A stretch of 64,000 nt of DNA from contig CAJINV010000011.1 of the NCBI GenBank assembly GCA_905178155.1, positions 3,071,144 to 3,135,143 on the forward strand, in the 5' to 3' direction. The translations under genes were made by a program, and so were the position numbers. Below, in pieces: positions 11,442 to 26,400 of the stretch (positions are counted from its first letter, which is position 1; each line of letters begins with the position of its first letter). This stretch comes from Amoebophrya sp. A120 (lineage: Eukaryota; Protista; Dinoflagellata). The notes beneath the pieces were generated by a model. The model was not told the origin of the DNA. It saw nothing but the letters and a program-made list of their open reading frames with translations, and searched no databases.

Positions 11442-14400
11442 TTACCCGGATTTCTTTCCTCCTTCCGCAAGTCCTTTCTGCGCGCTTTTTGCGGCTTTGC
11501 GGCGTCTCAGCTGCTCTTCGGCAACCTTTTCGACAGTTTCGTCGCGGCGCAGCTTTGCGATTTCTTTCTCCAACGCCCGGAGTCTATCCGCCTGGGCGTG
11601 CACCTGCGGCGCTTGGTGGGTGACAATGGTCTCCGTGACCCGTTCGACCCGAGTGGTGACGATATCGAGCCGCTGCATGCGCTGCTGCACCATCAGGGTC
11701 AGCACCGCGATAATGTCTTGGTATCGGATACCTGTGATAGGGGAGGGTAGAGGAAGATAAAACGGAATTGAAAATTTTTCAACATTTATTTCATGTTGTA
11801 ACTACATCACAACAGTTCCACCCCGAATGCAGATCACTAGATGGAGTACGAGCATTTGTAAATTATTTGCGAAAAAAAAACTCAGCACAATACCATATTT
11901 ATCCGCAGCGGTTTGGGTCACCAACGTTGGGTACAACTCGCCCAACTCTTGCGCGATGAACCCGTAGTAGAGTTGCTTCGCTTCCACGTCGCGCTTCAAG
12001 TGGTAACTCACCGGCTTCAAGGCCTTGAACTCGAGCAGAGCCTCGTACATCAGCGCTTCCTTTTCGGTATCGAACCTCGTGGTGACGTTGGTTCCGTTCG
12101 GGAGGTTCTCGGTGACGACCCAGGTGGTGGTTGGTCTTGGTTGGTCGTTCGCTGCATGTATACTATGTTGATCTGGTACCGCGATTTCCGTCACGTTAGT
12201 GTGCACTGGCCGGAGGTCGGTCATGTTGTAGTGTAAGTCGACCGGGTAGGACAGACGCCTGTTGATGAAGATTTTTACAAGGATGGACGATTGTCTTGTG
12301 TAACAAGTTTGCATCAAGACGGCAAAAAACGAATTTCAGTATGCTATTTGGAAACCACGAGGGTCAGGATGGTGAAACTGGTTTTCTCTTTATCCCTGAC
12401 CCTGACACAAGAAACCAAAATCCTATAATGCTATCTCATACGGTATGATACCTGTGCCTGATTTCCGCCAGACTTTCGTACAACGGTCGGACTTCTTTCT
12501 TGAGCCGTTGATCGGAGATGGTGGAAATCACGCTGTCACTGGACCAGGTGCCGTGGAAGATATTACTGGCGATGTGGGTTCCCGCCACGGTCACCCCGCT
12601 GTAGAACGAGATCGCCCGGCCAGAAACTGAACTCTGCTCGCGCCACATCTCCCACGCAATGGGGGACGTCTGTTTTTTAAATTAGGATTGGGAATAAATA
12701 AAAACTCATCGCAAAGCAAATGAGCCCATAGCTATTTCTCTACTTCAGCGGCGCAAGAAATGACAAAAAATGTAAGTAGTAGGCACAATAAAGATCGTTG
12801 TCGTTCAAAAAAAAGCATTATACCCCTTCCTTGAAGTAGTTGGCTTGTTTGTTGGAATTGAAGTAGACCGGGACGCTGTTGGCACCGCCGAATACGACAC
12901 TTCCGGCAACACTCAAGCCTGATTTGGAATTTTCGAAAAATCACGATCAGTCTATCAAAATGGACATCAACTTTTGCTGTCTATGCATGAGATATTTTTG
13001 TGCTCATGTCCATGTGACTTGAGCATTACAAGAATTTTCAAAAAAATCAATACTGCTTCCCAGTCTTGCAGCGCTGCGGACGGACAGAGCCGATCCAAGA
13101 TTGGTAAAGTCCAGGACTGAGATGTTGCCTCCCAGCCTTGCGAAGCTCCGGAGCGACAGGGAGGAGCCCAGGGTAACTGTTTTTTTGTGGATTTTTCAAA
13201 AATTTTTGTGTCTTGACTATCGGGGACGAGTTTGTTTCGACAAAGATGAGCAAAAGAATGACTCACTGTAAAACTTCTTTATCCGTTCGCGAGGAGTAGA
13301 TGATGGAACAGATACACATCAAAACAACGACTTATTAGTACGTGATCTCAGGATGCTGACGGAGCCCGACGTGGTCGTGGGACCACCCACCACGGAGACA
13401 GCACTTCCTACCCGCATGTACGCCCTGACGGACAGCGTGGACCCCAGCGCCAGGAAGTTGCACACCGAAGACCGGCTGCCAATACGTTTCAAGCCTCGCA
13501 CGGAGAGGGTGCTGCCCAGCACCGCCATATTTATCACGGACAGGCACTTGGCGCCACTGTTCATTTTTTGTGTTGGGTTTTTGTCTTCGAGTTTTTTCAG
13601 TAGCACGCCGAATACATTTGCACTGGTGAAAAAGCAACAACTAAAGCTAGGCAAGGGCAACAACAAAAAAATCATCAATACATTGACTTTGCTCGGAGGC
13701 TGAGCGCGCTGCCCAATGTGCATGAGGTGATGACGGACAGGCCGTGGCTATTCAGCGGACCGAGACCATTAACGGACAGCGTAGAGCCCAGACGCATTAC
13801 AGCGCGCATGGATACACCTGATTTTTGAAAATTTTTTCAAATGCTACTCCATTTGCATCGAAATAACTACCGCCTGTACGCAATAATTTGAATGCTCTGA
13901 CATGATCAGCAGAATGTTCTAAAAGAGAAGCCTAACAAAAACAAAGAAAACGAATCCAGTTCTTTAAATACTTGATCCGAGCGACACGTAGTCGAGCACG
14001 GACGCCCTGCCCCCGAAGCGCATGGAACTCCGGAGGGACATGGCGCTGCCGAGGTTCAGGTTCTCCATCAAGCTGAGTCGGGTCATGTGCGACGCCCCGA
14101 TGTTGAGGCAGGTTGACGTTCCCGTCGCGCTGACTCCGCTCCCCACGCGGCAGAAGGACCGGACGGAAAGAGCGGATCCGAGTTCCAGGAAATCAACCAG
14201 ACTCATTCTATCGGCGATTTTCATGTACCCGCGGAGGGAGATCGTGCTGCCGATGTGGGCGAAATTCGAGGCACTAATCGTGCTGCGCACGTTCAGGGCC
14301 TGTGTGGTTTTTATTTTGGAAGTGCTTTGTGACTGATAAAGTGAGCTGGTTGGACTTTGGTTTCATTTTCATTTCGCAAGCGCATGACATGCGTAACAGA

Positions 14401-17400
14401 TTTCATTCGTGAATTGGAGAATCAGCATGTGCATGACAAAATCAAAAAGCATTCTTAAATACCGATCCGAATTTGCCGTGGACGACCGAAAGAGTCGATC
14501 CGAAGCGGGCGAAGCCACGAACGGAGACCGAGGAACCCATGTTCACGAAGTCCAGGACGGACATCGTGCCACCAAGCCGGTCTGTTTTGTTTTTGTGATA
14601 ATCGTAGTACAGCATGACAGTTGCAGATCTGGTTTCTTACCTCATTCAGCATTCATAAAATCCAGTTTTTTCCTTATAGGGCGACGCATATAATTCGACA
14701 ACAAAAAAGGACAAGTCAAGTACTCATGGTCCTCAAGGACAGGGACGATCCGAGACTTGTGGCGTCGAGAACGGAGCATCGACTCCCGAACCTCGTATTT
14801 GTCCTCACAGAGAAGGAAGAACCTGTTGTAGTAGTTTATTTCGGGATATTTTCATCAATTATTGTATGTATTCTTTTTTGCAGTCAAGTTCATCAAGGAT
14901 AGAAATTCCTCAAACAAAGTTGCATAGAAAACGCGCAAAAATCATTGCGATTGCTATTCGATAAGCTGAAAGAACGTGAGAAGAAAACATCGAAAGAGCT
15001 GAAAGTTCTATACCCATTTGGACGAAGTCCAAAACCGACAGCCCCATTCCGCCCTGCAGTCTCGTCGCAGCCCGCAGCGAAATGTTGGAGCCGAGGCTGC
15101 AGAACTGGAGGATGGAAAGCGTGTTATGTAATGTACTGCACCGCCGGACGCTCAAGGCCGATCCCATGTGAGCCGCGTCCATCACACTGATGAAGGAGCT
15201 GCACTTCACAAACTGCCGCAGGGAGAGGGCGGAACCTGTGGGGTTTTTGATTTTTGGTTTTGATGTTGTATTTTATCTGTAGGTATGGCGCAAGCGTAGC
15301 ATTCAGATTCTTCTTCTAGAGTCTGGAGTCTTGATCTATTTAACATTTCGTGGCAGTAGAGCGAAGTCTGTAACTGCATTTTTGAAACGCGGAAAGAACC
15401 GCTCAGCCTTCTCTATCGATGAAAACAAAAAAACCACGTACCCATGAGCACTTCGTTGATGACCGAGAGCTTGTAGACACTCCCCAGCCCGCCGCAGGTC
15501 GAGCAGCCCCGGACGCTCATGGTAGAACCGCAGCGACTGAACTGTCGTACCGACAGCGCGGATCCCAGGCTGGCGAAGTTTATGACGGAAGCGCTGCTAC
15601 CAATCTTCACGACTTTCCGCATGGACAGCGAGGAGCCCAAATGCGTAAACGACAGGGTCGAAAACGCCGCTCCTGGTTTGACGTGTCCACGCAGGGAGAA
15701 GGAGGAACCCAGGGCAAGGTGGTCGAGAACCTGTTTGTGGAAGTTTGTTTTCAAGTTGTTGTTTTCATCTGGCACTAGTGCGAAATGAAGTTTTGCTCTT
15801 TGCACAACTCAGTGAACAAGTATGGTCGTGTTTTTAGTTTTTCTTGTGTTTTGCATTTACTCATGATCTTCAAGTTTCGAAAATTATACCGAGATTCTGC
15901 TGCCGAATCGGACGAAGCTCCGGACAGACAGACTGGATCCCAGTTCGACACGGCTGTGCAGGGAGCACTTGCTCATGAACGTGATCTTCCCCGTGGTTCC
16001 AGTGCCCGCGACGCTGAATGCGGATCCGAGTCTCGCAACCGAGCGCAAGCTCATGGAGCTGCCCAGGTTGACGAAGCTCAGGACCGAACATTTCCAGTGG
16101 ACTCTTGACATGCCGCGAATCTGTTTTGCAATGTTTTTTGGAGGTTAAAAGCTTTTTGCAGGAATACTACATGGTGGACAACGTTTTACTTCCATGCCAC
16201 AAGCTCATTCGCCTAGACAGCACGACAACATATCTACATCTACTCATCATCATTCAACAAAAAAAGCAAAAAAAACAATCAGTACGCTGAAAGTCGATCC
16301 CATACTGAGGTAGTCCAGGACCGAGCCTCGGGAACCCAACCGCGTCTGCCCGTTGCTGGACAAGCAGCTGCCTAATCTCGCGAACTGCCGCACCGACAGA
16401 TTTGAGCCGAGGGTGACGAAGTCCAGGACCGACATGCTGCTCCCCATTCGCGCCATAGACCGTAACGACAGAGTCGACCCCAGGTCCGCAATGTGGACGA
16501 CGGATAATTTGTTCACCTTGCCCTCATGCGACCGCACGTAACCGGTTACACTCAAACTCGAGCCGCACCGGACAAACGAACGGATGCTGACCGTGGAACC
16601 GAGGGCTAAGAAGTCTAAAATAGACAATCTGTCGCCCAATCTGCTCTGGCACCGGATGGAGCAACTTGACCCTAACGCGAGGAAGTTCAACACGCTGGAT
16701 CTCGACCCGACATTGCAGACTGACCGGACGGACAAGCTACTCCCTAGATGCACGAAGCTCAGCACCGACATTTTCCCCGGCATCGCACGGATGCCCGCGC
16801 GGATGGACATGGAGGATCCGAGCGTCAATGCGTCAAGTAAGGAGACACGATTCCCCGCTTTCATGTAGCTGCGCAAGGATAGGCTGGATCCGAGGTAGAT
16901 CGAGTCCAACACGGAGAACTTGTTGCCGCACTGCATAAGATTCCTTACGCTCAAACTACTCCCGCAAGACACCGCGTCGATGACAGACAATCGGTAGACG
17001 GATCCCAAAAAGGATGCGCTGTGGACGGAACACGACGACCCGATCCGGATGTAGCTGCGAATGGACATGCTGGACCCGAGGTTCGCGAAGTTCAGCACGC
17101 TGCAGTAGCTGCCGAACCTAGCGTGGCTGCGCATGGATAAACACGAGCCGAGAACAACCGCGTCGAAGATCGACAAAGTGGAGCTGAACCGCGCGAAGTT
17201 CCGCAAGGAGACGGAGCTGGCCATGTTGACAAACTGCAGAACCGACAACGCGTCGCCGAGTCTACTTTGTGCCCGGATGGAGAAAGAGGAACCGAGATGC
17301 AACTGGGAAAACACGGAGCACCGACTCCCCAGTCTATTACTCCCCGCCACACTGAAACCGCTGCCGCAGCGGGCGATGGCGCGGACGGAGAGTGCACTGC

Positions 17401-20400
17401 CTGTGTTGACGAAGTCGAATAGTGAGGTAGTTCCTCCCACCCGGATCAATGACCGGAGCGAGAAGCTGCTACCCAAAGACGTGGCGTCTAATACGCTCAT
17501 CCTTCCGCTCATCGTCAGAGATCCGAGGATAGACGCGGACGAGCCGACGCGCGCGTAGTTCCGGAGAGACAAACAGCTGCCCATGGCGATGGAATCGAAC
17601 AAGGACAGCCGACTGCCGAAGTTGGCGAAGCACCGTAAGGAGCAACTGCTTCCTAATGTCAGGCGCTCCAGCACCGACATGGAGGTCACCGAGCCAGTTC
17701 TTAGACAACCGTGGACGCTGAACGCAGAGCCGATGCGGACGTAAGATCGCAGAGACATAGTGGATCCGAGCTGTAAGAAGTCGAAGGTGGAGAATCGCGA
17801 GCCTGTTCTGGTAAAACTCCTGAGCGACAAACCACTTCCGAGCGTGCTGCTGTCCAGAATCGAGGCTTTGGTCCCCAGTTTTCCGAAGCTACGTAAGGAG
17901 AACGAGGAGCCCATGTGCAAGAAGTCCATAATCGACATTCTGCTACCAACGTTGGCGTACGACCGTAACGAGAGTGCGGACCCGAGGTTGAACGTATCCA
18001 GCACACTGCAGTTGCTGCCGAATCTCGCCGAGTTGCGGACCGACATGGCGGATCCGATGTTCATGAAGTCGAGAACGCTAAGTCGGGAGCCGAGTCGCGC
18101 TTGCGATCTCAACGAGACGGAGGAGCCGAGCTGCACGAAGTTCATGACGGACAGCCGCAAAGCCGACCCGACAAAGTTCAAACCGACCGAGCTGTAGCTG
18201 TCGCCCGCCTTGATGAAGTTGCGCATCGAGAGGGAGCTGCCGGCCTCAACAAAGTTGAGGATGGAAACTTTCTCGCCGAACTTCGCGTACCCGCGGACGG
18301 ATAAGGCGGATCCGAGAGAGCAGTAACTCAGCATCGAGAAGTAAGTGCCGAACTTCATGCCGCACCTCACGGACATCGCGCTGCCAATGTGCAGGAAGTC
18401 GAGCACCGAGGCGCGCTCCCCGACGGCGACGGCGGAGCGGATAGAGAGACTCGACCCGAGGATGCCGAAGGAGAGGACGGAGAGTGCGCCACAAGCCCTG
18501 CTAGTTCCAACGACGGATAATCCGGAGGAAATCTTCCCGATGGATCTGCAACTGACCGAACTGCCCAGTTCTAGAAAGTTCAACAAGCTACATCTCGACC
18601 CCGTCTTGGAAATCGCCCGGACAGAGGTGGAGGACCCGATGGATAAGAAATCCAGGACTGAGAGCCTCTTCTGGCAGTTCAGCTTCGCACCACCCGCGAG
18701 GGACAAACTGCTGCCGACCCGCGTGTAGCCACGGATGGATAACGCACTGCCAATGTGCAGGAAGTCAACGATGGACAATCTACTACCCATGCGGACGGAG
18801 GACCGGAGGGAGAACGACGACCCGACGGTGGCAAATTCGAACACCGAAATGCTGCTGCCAACGCGCGCGAACGCCCGGAGCGACAGAGACGATCCGAGGC
18901 CGAAATAATCCGCAAGGGAGGTTTTCCCGCCCGACCTGCAAGTCGCCCGTACGGACAAACCGCTGCTGATGCAAACGAAGTTCAACACCGACAACCGTGA
19001 GCCGCACCGAGCCGCCAGCTGCCGCAGAGATAAGGAAGACCCGAGCGTCACCGCATCCAAAACGGACAACGCATTGCTGTGTCTAGCAAAAGTCCTTAAA
19101 GACATGCTGCTCCCGACCGACGCCGTGTGCATCACGGAAAGTTGCAATGCGGAATTGCACGCGAACAACCCGACGCAAGACACACCGGAGTGCATCCTGG
19201 AGAACGACCGGATGGACATACCCGAACCGATGTTCGTCACGTGCAGCACGGACAGAAACCCGCCGACCCGCGCGGTGGACCGTAAGCTGACGGAAGAGCC
19301 CAAATGCGTGTAGTCCAGCACGGAGAGATTCCCGCTCATGGCGAGATTTTTCCGCAAAGAGAAGGTGCTGCCCAAGTGGAGGAAGGACAAAACGCTGATC
19401 TTGTTCGCCAATCTAGCCGTGGACCGGACGGACAGCGAAGATCCGACGTTGACGGAGTTGATGATGCTCATGCCGATGCCGCGGCCGGCCAGCTGCGAAC
19501 TGCCGAGTATCGCAGCGCCGAGGACGGACACTGCGGACGCGTACCGGAAGCAGCTGCGCATAGAGAGTGCAGATCCCACGGACAGGAAGTCCAACACCGA
19601 CGCTCGGGACGACATCCGGCTGGATGTTCGGACAGACAAGTTGCTGCCGAGACTGGCCATGCAGAGGACACTGCACTGGCTCTCCACGCGCGCGTTACCT
19701 AGAATGGAAACGCCACCAGACATGCGGACAGCCGCCCGGATGGAGATACTGCTGCCGAACTGCGCGTAGTCGAGCAGCGACATGCTGCCGCCGAGGCGGA
19801 CGGTGGACCGGACGGACATGGAACTTCCTAATCTCACGTACTCCATCACGGAGAGGCGGGAATACATCTTATCCGTGTACACGTGGCCCTGCATGCTGCA
19901 CGCGTTCCCGAGACGGATGAACTGGCGGATGCTCATGCTAGATCCAACATCGACGGCTGACAAAACCGACAACGCCGAGGCGAACCTTGCTAAAGACCGC
20001 ATGGACATGCTGGATCCGGCCTTCATCCAACCTAAGATGGAAATCTGCAATCCACCTTGCCTGCCATCTCCACGCACCGACAACCCCGAGCTCAAACGCG
20101 CGAACGCCCGGATGGACATTGCGGAGCCGAGATTCAAGCAGTCGATGACGGAGGTCCTTGCCGCGAGCTTTGAGAAAGTTCTCAAAGATAAAGAGCTGCC
20201 GTAGGTCTTGAAGTGCATCACGGACAAGGCGTACACCGAGCCGGTCCTGACAATGCTCTTGACGGAGAGACTGCTGCTGCAGCGCATGTACTGGCGCACG
20301 GAGAGTGCGGACCCGAACTGCACGTAGTCGAGAAGAGACAATCTCGACGACGAAACGCATTTTTGCCGAACCGACAAGCTCGAGCCGACGGTCACAAAGT

Positions 20401-23400
20401 TCAGCACGCTGGTGTTACACGTTGGTTTTCCGGTCTGCAAAGATCCGACGATGGAGTAGCTGCTGCCGAGTTTCGCGATCGAGCGGATCGAAATCGCGGA
20501 GGAGATGGTCGTGAAGTCTAACAACGAGACCGCGCTGCTGAGTCTCGCGAAGCTCCGGACAGACAGACTGGAGCCGCAATTGAGCATGTTCATCATGGAC
20601 AAGTTGTTCAGCGACCCCTTCAGGCAGAGCAGGGACACGGAAAGAGCGGACCCAATCCTGCAGTAGTGTCGGATAGACATCGAGGAGCCCATGCCGCAGT
20701 AGTCCAAAACGGAGAACTTCGTGCCCGCGCGGAAGCTGGCCCGAAGAGATAAACTGCTACCAAGCGAGACGGAATCCATGACGGACAAGTGGTTTCCGAC
20801 GTTAAATCTTCTACCCCGTAGAGACAAAGAAGATCCGAGGTGGAGCTGCTCCAGGACGGAAAGGTTCTCGCCGGAGGTCACGCTACTCGTCACCTGCATT
20901 CTTTTCCCGGTGCGGACGAACGCACGGCAACTAATCGTGCTTCCGAGTCTGGATTGATCCAACACACTCAACCCCTTCCCTGCGCGGACGACAGATCGGA
21001 TGGACAATGAGCTCCCCAAACCGACGAAGTCCATCAGAGAGGTTTCCTTGATGCCGACCCGCGCCGCGCCGATCACGGTTAAGCCCGACTGCAGCCGGAG
21101 GTACGAACGGATCGACAAGGTACTGCCAAACATCGCGTAGTTCAAGGTGGAGCAGGATTTTCCCATCCGCGCGATCATTCTCAAAGACAACGAACTACCC
21201 AACGACGCCGTGCCGAACAGGGACATCTGCGGCCCGACTTCAGAAAAGGAATCCAAACTAAGCCGGTTTCCGCTCGCATACAACCCCGCGGTGGCTACCG
21301 ACAACGTCGAACCCAGACGCGCGTGCGCCCGGACGCTGATGTTGGACCCGAGGTGGACGAAGTCGAGCACGCTCGCCTGCGCGCCGAACCGGATGAGAGA
21401 CCGTAAGCTCATGCTACTCCCCAAAACCGTGTTGTCCAGAACGGAAATACTATGGCCGAACCGGGCGAAGGTCCGGAGGGAGAGAGAGCTGCCCATGCCG
21501 AAGAACCCGACGACGGACAATTTTTGCACGGAGCCGATCTCCACAACGCCGTGGACCGACATACTGGACCCGAGTCGCATCGATTGGCGAATGGATAACG
21601 CGCTGCCGCAGTGCACGAAGTCCAAAATAGACATCGCGGAGCCAACCCGCATTTTGTTCCGCAAAGAGAGAGTAGACGACAGCATGACCGCGTCAACCAC
21701 ACTAATCGCGTCGCCGAACTTGGTCATGCGCCGCAAGCTCATGGTGCTGCCGAGGTAGACGGCGTCTAGGACTGACACCCCGCAGGCCGCCCGGATTAAA
21801 CTGCCGGCCGCTCTGACCGAGAGGGACGACCCTAAATGGAGCTCGTCGAGGATGGAAAGACGCGATCTTTGCATCACCTGCTTGTTGATCGAGAAGCTGC
21901 TGCCCACCCGCAGGTACTGCCGGATGCTCATCTGACTCCCGCAGTGCGCGAAGTTCAACATGGAGCAACAGCTACCAAACCGGCTGACTTTTCGAACCGA
22001 TAACGAGGACCCCAAATGGATCTGCTGCAGCACGGAGAGCGTACCACCAGCGTTCGCAGAAGCGAAAATCGATAAGCTGCTACCTTTCCGCGTAAACGCC
22101 CGGGTGGACAAGCTGGATCCGACGTTGACGAAGTCAATCACGGACAGCACGGATCCTAGTTTGGCGTACGCGCGGAGCGAGAGACTGCTGCCGATGTGTA
22201 GATAGTCAACAGCGGACATCGCGAAGCAGGAGCCCGCGGCGAGAAGCCCGCGGACGGAGACACCAGACCCGATTCGGCAGAAGGATCGGAGGGAGACAGA
22301 AGAGCGCAAGAACGTGAAGCTCAAAACGCTCATCTTCCCCTGCATCTGCCCGACGCCGCGGATGGAAATGCTGGACCCGAGCGCGAGGTAGTCTAATACC
22401 GACAATCTGTCTTCCATCTTCGCCAAGCCGAGTGCGCTGCAGCTGGAACTCAATCTACCGACGGATCTTACCGAGACCGAGGAAGCCAAATGCGTGAAGG
22501 TCAATAACGACAGCGGGCCGCCGAGTCTGCCCGTGCTGCGGAGAGATAGTGTCGACGCTGCAGTTGTGAAGTTGACGACGGAGCAGTTTTGGCAGGACCC
22601 AATCGCCGTGCTACCGATGCAGGACAAGCCGGAGCCGATTCGCGCGAACTTCCGGATGGAAAGAGAACTACCCAAGTTGTTGAAATTCAAGACGGACATC
22701 GTGTTCCCGAAATTCACCTTCTGTCCGCGCAGCGAGAAGCTGGAGCCGAGATGTACAAAGGCGAGCACGGACGTACTTTTACTACTTTGCACAAAACAAC
22801 GGCCGAACACGGAGGTACTGCTGCCGCAGCGCGCGGACGTCCGGATGGAGAGTGCGGATCCCATGTGGAGGCAATCGAGGACGCTGGCGCGACAGGAGGT
22901 TCTGACGAAGGACCGAATCGAGATGCTGGAACCCATTGTTAAATACTGGATCACACTCATCTTCATGGTCGACCCGTGGGTATGTAACCCGAAGGCAGAC
23001 AAACTCGAGCCGCACCTGGCGAACGACCGGACAGATAAGCTTGATCCCATGTGGCAGAAGTTCACGAGCGACAAGGCAGCGCCGCCACGGATGTTAGACC
23101 TTAAGGACAAGCTGGAGCCCAGGCTCGCGAACGACAAAACGCTCATCTTCTCGCCAAACCGGGTTTGTGCATTCGTGGACAGACCGCTTCCGATGCGGGC
23201 GTATTGTCTCACGGACAAAGAGCTTCCGAGCAACACCATGTTCAGGGTGCTGCACATGCTACCGACCTTCATGCAGGACCGCAAGGACAAAGCCGACCCT
23301 AAAGACACGCCGTCCAACACGGAAAAGCTCGTCATGCACCGGACTGCGTTCGCTTCGCTGAAGACGGAGAACGCCGACCCGAGTCGCGTGAAGGTCCGGA

Positions 23401-26400
23401 GGGATAACGAGCTGCCGATGGACACGAAGTTCAGGGTGGAAATAGCGCTGCTGAACCTAGCAACCGTACGGAGACTAACCGTGCTTCCCATATGGAGATA
23501 ATCGATCACGGACGCCCGATTGCAGCTGCCGATCTGGAGCAACCCCTTCACGGACAGGTTCGATCCAACACGAATGAAACTCCGGAGTGACAACGTCGAC
23601 CCGATGTGCCCGAAGTGCAAGGCAGAAGCGCCCATCGAGCAGCGCACGTGCGCGCGAACGGATAAAGAGCTGCCGAGCAAAATGCTGTCGATCACGGAGA
23701 GCGAGCTTGACAATCTCGCAACCGCAAGTAAACTGCAGCTCGAACCAACCCGGCACATGTTGCGCATCGACGCGCCACTCGCTAAATGCGCGAAGTTCAG
23801 CACCGAAAATCTCGTTCCGACTTCAAGAATCCTTCTGACAGACAGACTGCTCCCGATCGCGCACATGTCGAGGACGGAGGTGCCGCCGCGGAATCTAGCT
23901 TCCGGTCCGCAAATGGAGATCGACTTCGCGATCCGCACGTACCCGCGGAGGGACAGGGAGCTTCCCATGTGGAAGGTATCCAAAATCGAGGGTTCGCCGG
24001 CGAACCGCGCGAAGCTGCGGAGGGATAAATTGGAAGAAACCGTTGTCCACTCCATCACACTCACCCGGTAAACACTCCCCAGATCCGCCCGTCCGAGCGC
24101 GGAGAGTGAATGACCGAGTCTTGCGTAGTTCCGGACGGAGAGAGATGACCCCAAATTGCTGAAGTTCAGGACGGACACCTGACTCCCCGATCTGGCGGTG
24201 GACCGGAGCGAAATCGTGCTGCCGATGTTGAAGTAGTCGAAGGTAGAAAGAGATGTTCCGACCTTGACGAAGTTCCGCAAGGATAAACTCGATCCGAGAA
24301 TCGTCATGTCCACGACACTGCACGTCGCCGCCATCCGCGTGTGCGACCGGACGGATAAAGCAGAACCCGTGAAGCCGTAGTCCAGAATCGACAATTCTCC
24401 GCGGCTGTGCTCAAAGTTCCCGGTGAGGGAGAGGCTAGACCCGAGTCTCGCCAGGCACCGCACGCTACAGGAACTTCCCATGTTCAGGTAGTCCAATAGC
24501 GAGAACGTGCTGCCGAGCTGCGCTTTACTGCGCAGACTGCAAGATGAGGACAGCGTGATGGAATCAAGCAGACTGAACTCGGACCCGAATCTAGCCTTGT
24601 TGAACAGGGAGAGCCCGCTGCCAATTCTGTTATACGCGCGAATCGACACGGTGGACCCCAATGCGCAGAAGTCGAACACGGACAAGGTCGATCCCATCCG
24701 CGCCACCCCGCGCAGGCTCATGCTGCTCCCCAGCGCCAGGTAGCTCACCACCGAAGCGCGGTAGCAGGAACCGAAGCAGCGCGTGTTGTGGATCACGGAC
24801 AACGAGCTTCCGAGGCGTACAAACGCTCTGATCGACACGCTGGACCCGCAGGTGAAGTGGTCGAAGACGGAGCAGCGGCCGGCGAACCGGATCACATTCC
24901 GTACAGACAAACTGCTTCCTAACTCCACGTTGTCGAACACGGAGAGGGAGTCCGCCAGGCGGCACATGCTTCGTAACGACAGAGCGCTTCCAAGCGAAAC
25001 CGACCCCAAGATGGACAGACAGTCCCCGATCCTAGAACTCGCTCCGAAGACGGAGACCGTGCTGCCGAGGCGGGAGATCGCCCGGAGGGAAATGGTGGAC
25101 CCGAGCGCCATGTAGTCGAACATCGAAATGCTGGAGCTCAAACGCATCACCTGCCGCATCGACATGGAGCTTCCCAGCTCGACCTGGTTCAGAATCGACA
25201 GTCTGCAGCAGCTGCCGAGCTTGGTCAAGCCGATCACGGATAAGGTTGATCCAGTTCTCACATACGCTCGGAGAGACAAGCTGGACGAGAGGTAGACCGC
25301 GTCGAGTACGGACAGCGATTTCCCCATTCTAGCAGTCCGCCTTAGCGAAAAGCTGCTGCCGAGTTCGAGTTGGCTCAAGACCGAGCATCGTCCGCCGAAG
25401 ACGGTGCTTCCAAGACAGGACACCGTGGACCCACTGCGCAAGAAGCTGCGAATGCTCATGCTGCTACCGAGGTTCAGCTGATCTAAGACCGAGACGCGCG
25501 AGCCCAATAAACCGCAGTGGCGGACGGAAATCGTACTTCCCAGGGTGACGAAGTTCAACAAGCTTGTCGTGTGCAAACCCATGCTCTTGAAGCTTCCTCG
25601 TAGACTCAAGCTCGATCCGAACACGACGGAATCGAGAATACTGAGGTCTGCCCCCATCCGCGAGAAGCTGCGCATGCTGACCGAGGAGGCGAGCTGCACA
25701 AAGTCAATCACGGAGACGGACTTGCAGGAGCCCATGGATTCCAAACCGACGACCGAACATTTGCTGCCCAGGCGCGCGAAGGTACGGACAGACAGGCTCG
25801 ACCCCAGCTGCACGAAGCCCAAGGCGGAGACTCGATGACCGGCGCGGGCTTTGTTGCGGACGCTCAAGCTGGATCCGAGATGTAGGTGGTCAATGACGGA
25901 CAACCGGTACACCGATCCGGTGCTAGTGAGCAAGCCGTGCGCGGACAAACCGCTGCCGAATCGTGCGTAGGACCGAATGCTGAGACTGGAACCCAGTGCG
26001 ACAAAGCATAATGTCGACAATTTTGACCCGAGACGCGCAGAACTCCGCAACGACATGGAGCTGCCAAGCTCAATTTGCTGCAAAACCGAGCAAGTACTGT
26101 CGATCCGCGACCGTCCGCCGATAGACAGACCGGATCCGATTCGCGTCACTGCCCGAATGGACAAGGTGCTGCCGAGTTGCAAGAACCCGAGGATGCTTGT
26201 GCCGCTGTGCGCCTTCACGAATCCCCGCACGGATAAGGAGGAAGCGAGGATGGTCGAGGTCACGACGGACAACCTGTACACGGAGCCGACTCTGGTGTTG
26301 CTCATGATCGACAATCCGGACCCGATCCTGCCGCAGGCGCGGAGGGACAAGCTGGATCCAAGTTGACACATGTCGAGCAACGAAAACCTGCTTCCCGCCT

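Noticed and set aside
11345-11490. Lys/Arg-rich alternative-frame tail (RKDLRKEERNPGKGRKKQ...) overlapping the giant gene's stop
   Set aside because: It would need a 1-nt frameshift or sequencing error. Purine-rich sequence gives such peptides by chance, and the annotated frame ends cleanly at TAA 11442-11444.
12360-12403. 9-bp inverted repeat agggtcagg/cctgaccct inside intron 12259-12451
   Set aside because: Too short, internal to a canonical intron and without a TSD. There is no evidence of function.
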